This document shows, piece by piece, positions 37,751 to 49,250 of a stretch of DNA of 64,000 nucleotides. The DNA is from Callorhinchus milii (lineage: Eukaryota). Numbering within the stretch: position 1 is the stretch's first letter; each line of letters starts with the position of its first letter. Location: contig NW_024704748.1 of the NCBI RefSeq assembly GCF_018977255.1, positions 11,718,001 to 11,782,000 on the forward strand, read 5' to 3'. The position numbers and the translations under genes are program-made. A model generated the notes under the pieces. It was not told the DNA's origin. It searched no databases and saw only the letters and a list, made by a program, of their open reading frames with translations.

Positions 37751-38844
37751 TTGAAAACTGAGGAACGTGTGGTCAGTTTCCCTCAGCTGTGGCGTCCGTG
37801 TTTCTGGGACAGAAGGTTCTGGGTTCAAGCCCCATTTATCTCAGGGCTCACCAACAGTCCTCCTGAATATTTCCAGATTTTTGATTTGGAAAAGCATTCT
37901 GTTCAGATGCGCCCTCACACTCTGAAACATAACCCCCCCCCCCACATGTCCATTTAAATTGTCTTTTCAACATTGATTTATATCTCAATCCAGTTCATTC
38001 GTCCCATGTCAGTGAAATGATAGGAAGAAATGTGACAAACAGTATTTGAGTTAAAGATCAGAATTGATAGATTTTTGGTAGGTTCAGGGTATTCAGTGAC
38101 ACCGCTAGAAAACGGGAAATTGGAATTGAAAGCATTAGTTGAAGCACAGGTCAGTCGTGATCTAATTAAACGGTGGAACAGGCTCAAAGGGCTGAATGGC
38201 CTACTCTTGTTCCTATGAATCCTGATCTAAAATTAAGCCTCTTGGAAATGCCCAAAGGACTAATTAGAACAAATTAACATTTGGGTTCATTCATGGAGTA
38301 TAAACATAAGCAGTTCCTGTTTGGGCCGAATGACCAACTTTATTTGTGGGGATTATTCATAGAATATTACAGCATAGAAGGAAGCCATTTGGCCCATTGT
38401 GCCTGTGCCGCAATTTTGTGTATTGACCGGGATAGTGGGAGAAATTCCCTCTCTATTAGTACAATGAGATCTTTGGTATCCTCAGATTAATGTCTTGTCC
38501 AAAGATAGCGTCTCCTACAATGCGCCCACAGCACTGCATTTGAGTGGCCCTAGAACTGCTGGATTCTAGATTAAATATTCTAAATTAAATTGGATTCTAG
38601 ATTAAATAAAAAGTTCCAGTTTAAATATTTCTAGATTTATGCCATAAATCAAGAGATTTGCAATCAAGAAAAAATTTAAGACACCCATCAAACTCAGGCT
38701 GACTTAGACTTGTGCAAATGTTTGGAAAGACACGCGTGCCATGGGTTGGTCGCTACCTGAGACCGAATCCCGTGGTAGGGCTTGAATCCACAAACGGGCA
38801 AGCGTGCTACCAATTTAGGTAGGCTGACGCACGTAACAGTATAG

Positions 38845-39090
38845 AGAACAGCAACAAATTGCAGTTGTTATCAGGAGGACGTCCCAAAGGTGCTGGACAG
38901 CCAAGGGTTTCCTCCCCAACCTGGGTGTTGGAATCAAGTGGTGAAGAGCAAGGGGGGTTGGCAGTGGGAGGATGACCGAAGGCACGGTCAAAGAGTAAGG
39001 TCTTGGCACTGGTTTTGAAGGAGGCAAGAGAGGGATTGATGCAAAGGGATTCTGTGATGGAGTTCCAGAGGATGGGGGGCAGAAAGGTTG
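38845..39090 (-). mobile_element. L2 LINE 3' fragment in RPS24 intron 1
   Basis: GGAGGACGTCCCAAAG tail stem and GGCACGGTCAAAGAG body, as in the other copies. Confidence 0.65.
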
Positions 39091-39483
39091 AAGGTTTGAA
39101 GCAATGAAAGGTTTTGAAATAATTATTTTAAAAAAAACTTTGCTGAAAAGGGATTCAATGAGAAGAGGACATGAATTTTTTTTAATATCAAATTATTATA
39201 GGAGTTGACAAGCACATGCAGAGGAAAGGCACTGGAGGATACTGGGAAAGAGCAGGGAATTAGGATGAATGGTATCTTGGAAGTAGCAAACACTGGCGCA
39301 AAAAAGAACACACAGCCTCATATGTTTTTATGTGTTATGAATTTCTAATAGCCGATATTTGCTGCATTTATTCCCAGTTATCTAGTAAATCTGTACTTGA
39401 TAAACTATAGGGTGCTGCATTAGTTCTATTCCCTAAAAACACTTTTAGATTTTCTGTTGTAATATTGTTGTAAATTATCTTAA

Positions 39484-39615
<132 letters not shown>

Positions 39616-39989
39616 TAAATTGTCTGGATTCTTAATCTATTACATCTTTAAGTTTAATTAAGTAGCAAATATCCATTGTTTAAAATCTTACTTAATAACC
39701 GCTTGATGGGTGCCACCAGCTCATTTGTCATGAGTTTGATCACTTGTATGAGTTAACGTGGGAGAGAGAACATTAAGTATATTTACCAATATAGTGATAA
39801 GGTTGAGACCTAATAGTGATAGCAGAATATTTGAATGCTAAATTTATTAGCTCGCTGTAGGTTATCTTATTGTTCTAAGAAAGCTATGTTCATTATAATT
39901 CTTTTGTTTCTATAAAAAGTTGGATGTACATACTTTATTTTAGCTCTATAGCAACAAAGCTCACAAAAGCCTTCACAAAAAGTGTCGTG

Positions 39990-40280
39990 TTTCGATTTGT
40001 AGGAGGACACAGCAGCTGATTTTCTTTGGAGGATTGTTAGCCAGAACACTGGGAGAAACTCCCTTTTCTTTTCCAATAGTGGAAATTGATTCCATGGAAT
40101 CTGTAACATCTACCTGATCAGGTAGAAGGGATCTCGGACTCTCCCAAGTACAGCTGCCAATACTGCATTTCACCAGCACTATTAGAAGATCGGTGAAAAC
40201 TCTTAAGCTCACAATCCCAACATATGGTTTGAACCCACAATCTTCTGTCCTAGAGTCGAAAGTGTTACCAATTGAATGTA
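39990..40280 (-). mobile_element. DeuSINE-like element in RPS24 intron 2 (further fragments ~21190-21420 and ~38430-38560)
   Basis: TTAGCCAGAACACTGGGAGAAACTCCC...CCATGGAATCT and TTTGAACCCACAATCTTCTG head. Confidence 0.6.
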
Positions 40281-40587
40281 CAACGTGAAAGAGCAAAATT
40301 ACAGGAATATATTCTAAAAGGCACTATATCAAATACAAGGATTGTTATGTGGCATATAAAAGTAGTGTTAAAAGTTGGTGTTGTGAGGATCTGCTAGGTG
40401 CCCTTTGTGAGTTGTGTAGAACCGAGCAATTTGTTTGATACTGACCCAGACGCATGATATTTTGATATGATGTTGTTTTTTGGTGCAGTGGCATGTTTTG
40501 TTCTAGCCTGCAATATAACTATATATTGGAATTTGTGGAACAAATTGCAAAATTGCCTTCATGAATAGACTTATTTTTTTCTCCTAG

Positions 40588-40836
<249 letters not shown>

Positions 40837-40963
40837 TAAGCTGTGTAAATACAAATACATTTGGACGTCCTCCCAACGTGAAGGACGTTAAACAAATGTA
40901 ATTTTTTATTGTATATTGTTGATTTGTTCACATTAACTCATGCGTCCACTTTACCTTTTGCAG

Positions 40964-41074
40964 CACGGTCTGTTCGAGAGGAAGAAGGTTTCTAGGAAAC
41001 AGCGTAAAGAACGCAAGAACCGAATGAAGAAAGTTCGGGGCACAGCTAAGGCTAATGTTGGATCTGGCAAAAAG
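40964..41074 (+). CDS. RPS24: RPS24 exon 4 (111 nt)
   Basis: ttgcag|[37 protein letters not shown]|gtatga. Confidence 0.98.
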
Positions 41075-41232
41075 GTATGAATGTGTTCATTGACAAAGAT
41101 AAAAGCTTGATTGATATTATTTGAATTTTATGTTTTGGTGTTCTTTTTTGACCCTTGTTTCCATTAGTATTATGAAACTATTTTGTTCTATTGATCTTTA
41201 TTCTTTTTTCTTTTATTTCTTCTGGACCACAG

Positions 41233-41235
41233 AAG
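41233..41235 (+). CDS. RPS24: RPS24 3-nt alternative micro-exon (AAG, Lys)
   Basis: Long pyrimidine tract 41195-41223, then ccacag|AAG|gtaatg. A 3-nt AAG micro-exon after exon 4 is known in mammalian RPS24. Confidence 0.75.
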
Positions 41236-41995
41236 GTAATGCTGACTTTGTGTTCAGGAAGCTGCATAGTGTTGGTGTTTAGCTTACTAATAGTTTAGCT
41301 TTGTTTGGTCACTTTGTAATTACTTTTATAAATTTGCACACTAATCATTGATAGAATAGAACGCAGATAGTGATTGAAATGGTAACCGAACAGACCAATT
41401 TATTGAGATTGATGTGTGTGAACAAATATTGTCCATAACCACTCTCAAATTAACCCTCAATTTATTGTGTTCTAACACCTCTCTATAGCATGTTTGAAAA
41501 TTATCTTTGAAAAGATAGTATTCCCATTCATTTGGTTGAACATGCTGAAGAACAAAATCATTTTGGGGCGAGAAGAACACTCAGTTTGGGCACATTATAT
41601 TAATGTTCCAATTAATATCCCAAACTGAAATCTGTGATTAGTTGGGACATTTTGATGGGACCACTATAAATTAGATGCAATTTTTTGTTAGTGACATGCT
41701 AATTTATATAGTGGAGAACATAACTGCTATTAATTTGTGGCATTTAGAGCCATATTTGATTTAGTCTCTCGCCAAACTAGAATTCACTGACCACTTTGAT
41801 ATTTTGATTGTTTCAATGTCACATTGCCATCTGATATTGAAGCAATCGGATTATCATTTATCTTTTGAACTCGGCAGTCCTCTAATGCTCAAATTTTTGC
41901 TTACAAGTACCTATGCTTTGGAAGTTCATTTGTTTCTATCTCTCGATAATCTTTGTTTTGTCTTTCTTGTTGCTCTTTCCGAATATGTCCTTCAG

Positions 41996-42015
41996 AAATG
42001 ATGACTCCGTGCCAG
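41996..42015 (+). CDS. RPS24: RPS24 20-nt alternative exon (AAA TGA; Lys-stop)
   Basis: Strong pyrimidine tract, cttcag|AAATGATGACTCCGTGCCAG|gtacca. Resembles the mammalian 18-nt AAATGA...CAG micro-exon as I recall it. Confidence 0.65.
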
Positions 42016-43029
42016 GTACCAGTCAAAGCACGAGTGTGATCATGCAAAATGCTCATAACTTAGATTGGTTTTGTGTTCTATGGTTATAAAGAAGCACCGC
42101 TTTGCATGTCGACTTGATGCTTCACATAGACTGACACTTTAGTACTTGTCATGTAATGTGCTTTAGTTGCATCATTCTTTTATATTTTTGGACTAAATGC
42201 AAATGTGAGAGGCTGCAACCCCACTAATTGAGATGATTTATCAGAATTGTTCCATAAAAGGGTGCCTGTAATCCTAGCTTCACACAACAGCAGTTATATT
42301 AGAAGCACAATCCTTATTTCTTAATATTGTCTCCAATGATGAAGGAAGAAAATTTGGCATGTGCTTGCATTGAATGGGAAAATGTATTAAATGATGCCAA
42401 AATGTAGAATGTGTTGATCTGTATTCTATTAAATACATTGATCATACATGAGGGTGAAAAAATATCTCTTCTGTTTTCCTATACAATCCTTTTCTCAGTA
42501 AAACAACAAACTCCATGCCTTTTTTTAAAATTGTTCAATGTGCCCACAAAATGTCTCACTTAAACTGACCTGCATCTCCTTTTTGGAGTATTCAAAACTT
42601 ATTCTGAAGGGAAAATATTGTGGGTAGTTGTCTAATGATATAAGCCTGCATTATATCACCAATATACTGTTGTCACCTTTATAATATGTGTGTGTGTATA
42701 TGTATATATATATGTACAATTACATTTTGTTGTCGCTTTAAAATTGAGCAAGACTCCGCATACCCATGATGCTGATTAGTGAGCTCAAACCTCGGAAATA
42801 CGGTTGAAGTGCATCTTAGGGTGAAAAGGCGGAATTTTTCCAAAGTTTTTTTAAAGTAGCTTTCCTGAATAATAATCATTGCATTGATTTGGCACCTCAT
42901 CATGTCCTAAAGATGTCTCAAAGCGCTTCACAGAATATACTGTAAAAGGAATTGACTATATTTTGTAGGTGAGCTCCCAGCCTACTGTGCTCCTCTGTTT
43001 GTTTCTCATTAGTGTATGCATCAAGTTTT

Positions 43030-43700
43030 CTCTTACATACAATAATGTTGTTGCTTCAACCACAGCTTCAGGCAGTAAGTTCACCATCATCTATGTAAAA
43101 ACATTCCTCCTAAATTCTCCATTAGTTCTACTTCTAGCTATTGTATCTTATATTTATACCCTCTCATTCTGGGTTTGCCACCAAGTAGAAACAGCCTATT
43201 AATGTTCACCTTGTAGAATCCTTTCATAATCTTGAAACACCTATATCAGGTCCCCTCTCAATCATCTCAGCTATAAAGAAAAAAGTTCCAACCTGCCCAG
43301 TCCACAGCTGTATCACCCTGGTAATATCCTTGTCAATCTTTGCTATATTCTCTCCAATACTGCAATACTCTTCTTGTAGTATAGTCACCACAACTGTACA
43401 CAGTACTTCAAATGTGGTCTAACCATGGTTTATCATTCTAACATTGCTTGAAACTTTTATACTGTATTCCTATGGATAATAATGATTATGACTGCACTCT
43501 TTATGGCCTTGTCCACTCATGTTACTGCTTTTAGAGTCCTATGAATCTGAATCCCAAGATTTCATTCCCTCTTTGGTTTCTGCTATCCAGGGTATAGAAG
43601 CTTCTTTATTATATCTACCAAAGTGAATCATTTTATAGTTTCCTATATTCAATATCATCTGCCTTCTATCCACCAATTTTGCAAGCTTATTTATATTTGT
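43030..43700 (-). mobile_element. CR1 LINE 3' fragment in RPS24 intron
   Basis: KLVDRRQMILNIGNYKMIHFGRYN resembles the CR1 RT C-terminal WQMxFNxxKCxVxHFGRxN motif. Confidence 0.7.
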
Positions 43701-44731
43701 CTTCCTGCATCTTTTATTTATGTCAAAGTAGCAAAAATTCTGAAATGAAATATGCACACAAGAGAAGTAAATGAAATAAAGTTTGATTTTACTGAAGTAG
43801 TTTAGAATAGAATGTATATTATGTCGACGTTGAGGTAGTTGTGCATGATTTGCCTGGTGTGTGTGTCTAATTTTCAGTGATGGGCAGCAATAAGCAATTC
43901 GTGTTCCAAGTCTCTGGATTCTTGTTGCTCGTGGAAGGAGCATGCTGTAGAGTGGCTTTATATGATTTTTATTTGAAAAGTTCAGAACAAAACTGCATGT
44001 TTTTTCTGGCGTATTTAGCACATATGTTACTGGGACTTGGATCTCTGCGAAGTGCATTCTCGCTTGCGCAATGTGAAATGGTGGAATTGAGAGTCTTGGA
44101 ACCGTCTTTTTTGATTTATTTGTGTCATGCTCTTTATTAAAGCTGTTTACTGGAGTTTTGTATTACAAAAGTATGCATGACCATTACAGTGATTTTTTTA
44201 ATAGATGTGTTTTTAGTGTTTTACAAATTGAATGTAGATTTATTCTGTTTTATCTGTATTATAATTCATCACACGTGCGTTTCCTAGCGTTATTTTAGCT
44301 GGTTAGGCTATTGGAGTAAAGCATGGAGTGTGAACTGCATGTCTTTCCATTTCTTAGCCATGAACAGCATCGGAAGTAATATTTTTGCCAGATTCTCTGC
44401 GTGAGTGAGCAACCAGCTCCCAGTTCATTGTCGCTTTGAGTCGACTATAAAGTATCTTAACAACTTTGCAGTCCTTGTTTTACCTTTCCTCTCCTCGCAT
44501 GGGCTTTGCTCTACATCTTCTGCAGCAATGTACTAGGTAGGAATTGTAATGACAAATGTACTTGCTGTCAAAAGACCCAGGTGAAATGAAGGGTATGATT
44601 GTTCAGTTTTACATCTTCAGTTATGTTGTGTTAAACAAGCAGGACTGGTGTGCAAACTTGATTTCTTTATGAATAGACATTTGCTAACATTGGAATTTTT
44701 TCTTGACTATGATTTTGTTTTCTGCCTACAG

Positions 44732-44765
44732 TAACCTGGGAGAAGATTGGAAAGTCACTTGAAAT
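44732..44765 (+). other. RPS24: RPS24 34-nt stop-containing exon (begins TAA)
   Basis: ctacag|TAACCTGGGAGAAGATTGGAAAGTCACTTGAAAT|gtgagt. Similar to the mammalian 22-nt stop exon (TGAGCTGGAGATTGGATCACAG, recalled). Confidence 0.75.
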
Positions 44766-44935
44766 GTGAGTTTAGAGTCCATTCCAATTACTGCTGTTAG
44801 CGTACATAGTTTCACGTGCAAGTTTGTGGTTATTTAGCTGTATGTATCTAATTTTATTGAGGGTAGTGTTTAGCTTTGTTTAAATAAGTTAAGCAAAGAT
44901 GCCCATTAAACTCTTGTTTTTTTTTTCTCTGACAG

Positions 44936-45010
44936 GCTAACTTATCCTGGATCATCACATTATAAATTGTTGTCAAGAAACGCAAAATAAATTCTATAAA
45001 AAATGAATGC
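44936..45010 (+). other. RPS24: RPS24 terminal exon / 3'UTR
   Basis: T-rich tract, ctgacag|GCTAAC..., AATAAA at 44986-44991, then GU/U-rich sequence. Confidence 0.8.
44986..44991 (+). terminator. Polyadenylation signal of RPS24
   Basis: AATAAA 50 nt into the last exon, with downstream TGTTCTTGGG/TTATTTTTTGTGG elements. Confidence 0.75.
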
Positions 45011-47914
45011 ATCTGTTCTTGGGCTATGCTTATGAATGGGGTTATTTTTTGTGGCATAATTTTTCTTAGATGAATGCTGTTGACTGTTAAACTTTTTATA
45101 AACAATCTGAATTTATATAGATATGAATTTGTTTTGTTGCTTTTTCAAAGAAAATGACAAGCTAGTTACCAATGCTGGCAAAAAGCTGTCTTCATTCTGC
45201 TGACTGTGACCCCTTGTCATTATTTTTTTTCTTGAAATGAGCCTAGATTTTTTGCAGAAGGGATGGCCCATTTTACCAATCCGTTGGCAGTCATACCTGG
45301 GATATTTAAGGAAAAATCCAAATGTGAACACAATATATTACTTCCACCACCAGTTCATGACATTTGTTTAAAACTGTATTTTAAAAATGAAAGGAGTTTC
45401 CCAGTGTCCTGGCTAACAATCTTCTAGATTAATTGTCTCAACAGCTGTCCGTTTTACCCACAAAATAAACAATCAATTCACTTTACAATATATTCTGTGA
45501 AGTGCTTTGAGATGTCTCAGTGACGTGATGAGATTCTATATGAAATGCAAGAATTATTATTGTTTGTGGGACTTTGCCGTCACAATTGGTTGCTGTATTT
45601 GCTCACAAAACGGCCACTAAGGTGTTACAATTAGCTATGAAGAGTATTGTAACTCTTGATTGCTGAAGCTCTGTAAAAATGCAATGTGTACTTGTGAGAA
45701 AGAGGTAAGAGCCTATTGGAATGCAGCTTCTAGCAGGTATGTGATTGGATGTAGATATTTTGGGAGAACAAAAGTGACCTTGAAAGCTTGCTCACAAACT
45801 GAACAAGAAGGGAACATTTGGTTTATTAGCTTGGCTTTCCTTTTCCTAAGTTTGATGTAATATTGTACGTTTTGGTAATGGATAACTGATTATAAACCTA
45901 AATACCTTAACTTCACTTGAATGCAATGCTTGATAACATTCAACTAATTTTCACTGCAAAGTATTATCAGTCAATGGAATTAAGTGTTTGTTCTTCACAA
46001 ATGCTGTGAACTGTTGAATCAAATCACAAGCTCAGTGGGGGGTGAGGATGAAACTATTCATCCTAATGTCTTGCATTTCAAAACAGAATGTCTCTTGATG
46101 CATTACATATTTCATTCTGCAAGGGAAGGTGAGAGGTATTGCCAATCATTGTTGCAGGAATAAAGGCAATGTCCAAATTGTGCTCATCAACAAGGGGGAT
46201 ATGTTTGAAGAGACCGTTTACATGGGTTGGATATGAACCCAGATTGCAGAGGTGAAAGAAGTGTTGATTCCTCACCACATAGGCTATTAAGAGTATAAAT
46301 CTGTAATTACAAGAGTAGCTAATAATTAGAGATAAATGCTGCATCTTCCTCTGCAACTCATTGTTCCATTGATCAACAACTCGCCCACAAAATGCACAGT
46401 CAATTCACTTTACAATATATATGCTGTGAAGTGCTTTGAGACATCTCAACAATGTGATAAGGTGCTGAACCAAATGCAAAGATTATTATTATTAACTCAA
46501 GCTTCCTGAAACAATACAATCGTCAGAGAGCAAGTGGCGTTCTATTTTATTTTGCTCTTTCTTTGGTCACTCAATCCACGTTTGTGTGCTGCTGCTTTGT
46601 TTTGCCCACAAAATACACAATCACTATACAATATATTCTGTGAAGAGCTTTGAGAAGTCTCATTGATGTGATAAAGCATATCAAATCCAAGGATCATTAT
46701 GACAAGTAAATTAATATAGTTTGTGATTCTTTAGACGACATACAGTCTACATAACTGGCTTTGAGTTCCGGAAAACCAGTAAAAATATTTTTTTTAACTG
46801 AGGAAGCTTGTGGAAGCACATTAAGGTAAGTACATCTGAAGATGTTTCACCCACAAAATACACAAGTCACATCCATTACATTATATCGTGTGAAGCACTT
46901 GAGATGTCACGTAATAAGGTGCTATATCAAATGCAACAACAAATTAACATTTGCATAGTGTCTTTCGCGTCAGGAGGATGTCCCATGGTGCTGAAGATGA
47001 TGGCCCATTAAATAAAAGCTTACCTAAAAATGAGTAGGTTATAAACTGGAAATATCCGTATGTGTGTGTCACATGAAAATCGCAAGATGTCAAACACCTC
47101 TGAGAAAGGATAACCTCTGCCAAAAGCTGACAAAGTGGCCTGCAGGAGGCAGTACGATCTGCAAGTATGGATTTCCAGAAAAAAGTGTCTATGGGAATCT
47201 TGCAATGTGTCATAATCTTGTGCATAACATGTACAAGATTATCACATGATCATTGTTCAATACAGTGGCTCCTGGGCCAGTGCTCAAAATCACTTATCAT
47301 CGGTAATCAAATATTTAAATTTCCAGGCAAAATAACATTCGTATACAAGTTAGATACACTAGGATATTATTCCAAAGTATGTGGGATGGGGGTAGAGAAA
47401 TTATAGAATCAGAAACATTGTACACTTGAAAGCAGCTGACTGATTGTTAACAGATTGTGAAAAGGTTAGCTTCATTTTTTGCTTGCCAAAAAAATCTTTG
47501 AACCTTCAAACAGATGGTAGAATATTTCAGTATACTTTATTTTGTGTACAAGAGCATGTTGAGCTTTTAATTACAAAAGCAGTATTTTGACATTGCGCTC
47601 TTTATTGAGGCAGGGGGTGCTATAAGCACAATTTTTTCTCTGCTGATGGAGTGGTGGAGTAGTTAAACCGTCTTGCCTTTCCCTGCAGCCCATTTCCCAG
47701 TGGCAGGAATCGATTTGATAACTTGCAGTTTCAAAAATGTGGTTAAAATTAAGCTTTGGTCTTCACAACTAAATTCATTTTATGAAAAAAAATTGTAGTT
47801 CAAAACTGGGTCACTATCATTTTGTAGGTGGGAACATTCAATTTAATATAATTAGGCATTTCTAAATATTGTAAATATACGAAATTGAATCAAAATGAAT
47901 TGTCCAAAATTATG

Positions 47915-48760
47915 CATAATTAACATGGAAATTCTAGAGATAAATTGTTGGAATGGAATGCACTCTCTCCCTGGAGGGATGCATCCCACTTACCTAATTC
48001 TGGAAAGTATTAGGCGCAGGCTGGCAAGACCTGAGGCTTGGGGACCCCAGAGTGTGCGTTAAGGTAACTGCTGGAGTCTAACCAGCTAAAACCACATAGT
48101 TGGCCATTGATACCACAGTGGCAAACTTTCCCTTTGCGTGTCCAACTAGGACTCGGGAGTTGATTGGGAGGATTACCTGTTCCCCAGTGGCTGTTTTGCC
48201 CTTTCAAGTCCTGCCGATGACCCGGGCTGGCTATGCTGTCATCAGCAGTGCCCTAGAATACTGCGGACTCTCCTGGCTCAGGAACCAGACTACTGAGACC
48301 GCCACAGAGAGCTGGTTCGATTCTCACGTTCCTTTGCCCAAACATAATAATAATAATATTGCATTTCATATAATGCCTCATCATATCTTCGAGCCATCTC
48401 AAAGCACTTCACAGAATGTACTGTAAAGTGAATTGACTATATTTGTGGGCAACTTGCGGCAGCCAATTGCGCACAACAGTGTCCCACAAATAGTCGTGGA
48501 TTGAGTGACCAAATTATTATTTTTTAAGGGATTATTACCCCTGGAAACGTGATCTGCCAAATGACTAACAATCGTTCCTACTTACTGCTAGGTAAACAGG
48601 TGTGTGGAATAAGGAATCTTGCCCAATGTTTTTCCCTGCCAGGGAATCAAACCTATGTCTTCTCACTTGTGAGGCGAGTGCATATCATCTTGGAGTAAAT
48701 TCAGCTCCATAGAAACCACATTTACCTCCCCCACCCCCCCCCCCCCACCAATCCCCCACC
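47915..48760 (+). repeat. Unclassified interspersed repeat (other copies 36245-36520 +, 32815-33020 +, 2600-2676/3356-3520 -)
   Basis: Shared blocks ACATGGAAATT..AGAGATA..TTGGAATGGAATGCAC, GCTGTCATCAG.A.TGCCCT.GAATACTG and CCTGGCTCAGGAACCA. Confidence 0.75.
48345..48680 (-). mobile_element. SINE copy (same family), nested in an older repeat
   Basis: (AAT)n tail, GCCAATTGCGCAC..GTGTCCCACAAA body, degenerate tRNA head near 48640-48680. Confidence 0.8.
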
Positions 48761-49250
48761 ATAACAACAACAAGATTCCAGTTATAGAGCGCCTTTCACG
48801 TCCGGAGGACGTCCCAAGGCGCTGTACAGTTGGGTCAGGACCCGAGCAGGGGGGAAATGGTCTGGGTGAGGGGAGGGAAGGGAGGGAGCGAGGAGGGGGT
48901 AGAGAGTCGAGAGGGGAGCTGAAGGCACCGTCAAAGAGAAAGGTCTTGAGACCGGCCTTGAAGGAGGAAAGGGAGGAGGCGGCGAAGGCACTGGGGGATA
49001 GAGTTCCAGAGCCTAGGGGTTGAGAGGCTGAAGGCCCGGCCACCGATGGTTGGGGCAGGGGATGTGGAGCAGACCGGAGCCAGAGGAATGGAGGGTACGG
49101 GCAGGTAGGTAGGGGGATAGTAGGTCAGAGAGGTAGGAGGGAGCGAGGCCGTGAATGGCCTTGTAGGTGAGGATGAGGATCTTGAATTCGATCCTCTGGG
49201 GGATGGGGAGCCAGTGGAGGCGAGCGAGGTTGGGAGTGATGTGCCCCACC
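48760..49250 (-). mobile_element. L2 LINE 3' fragment
   Basis: HITPNLARLHWLPIPQRIEFKILILTYKAIHGLAPSYLSDLL peptide; (CAA)n tail. Confidence 0.9.

Noticed and set aside
41997-42135. Possible C/D-box snoRNA (ATGATGA ... CTGA) in RPS24 intron
   Set aside because: The C-box-like motif is the double stop of the 20-nt exon; there is no terminal stem and no recognisable rRNA guide.
43831-43852. TGAGGTAGTTGTGCATGATTTG resembles a let-7 mature miRNA 5' end
   Set aside because: No complementary 3' arm follows, and the 3' half diverges from let-7 members; likely chance.
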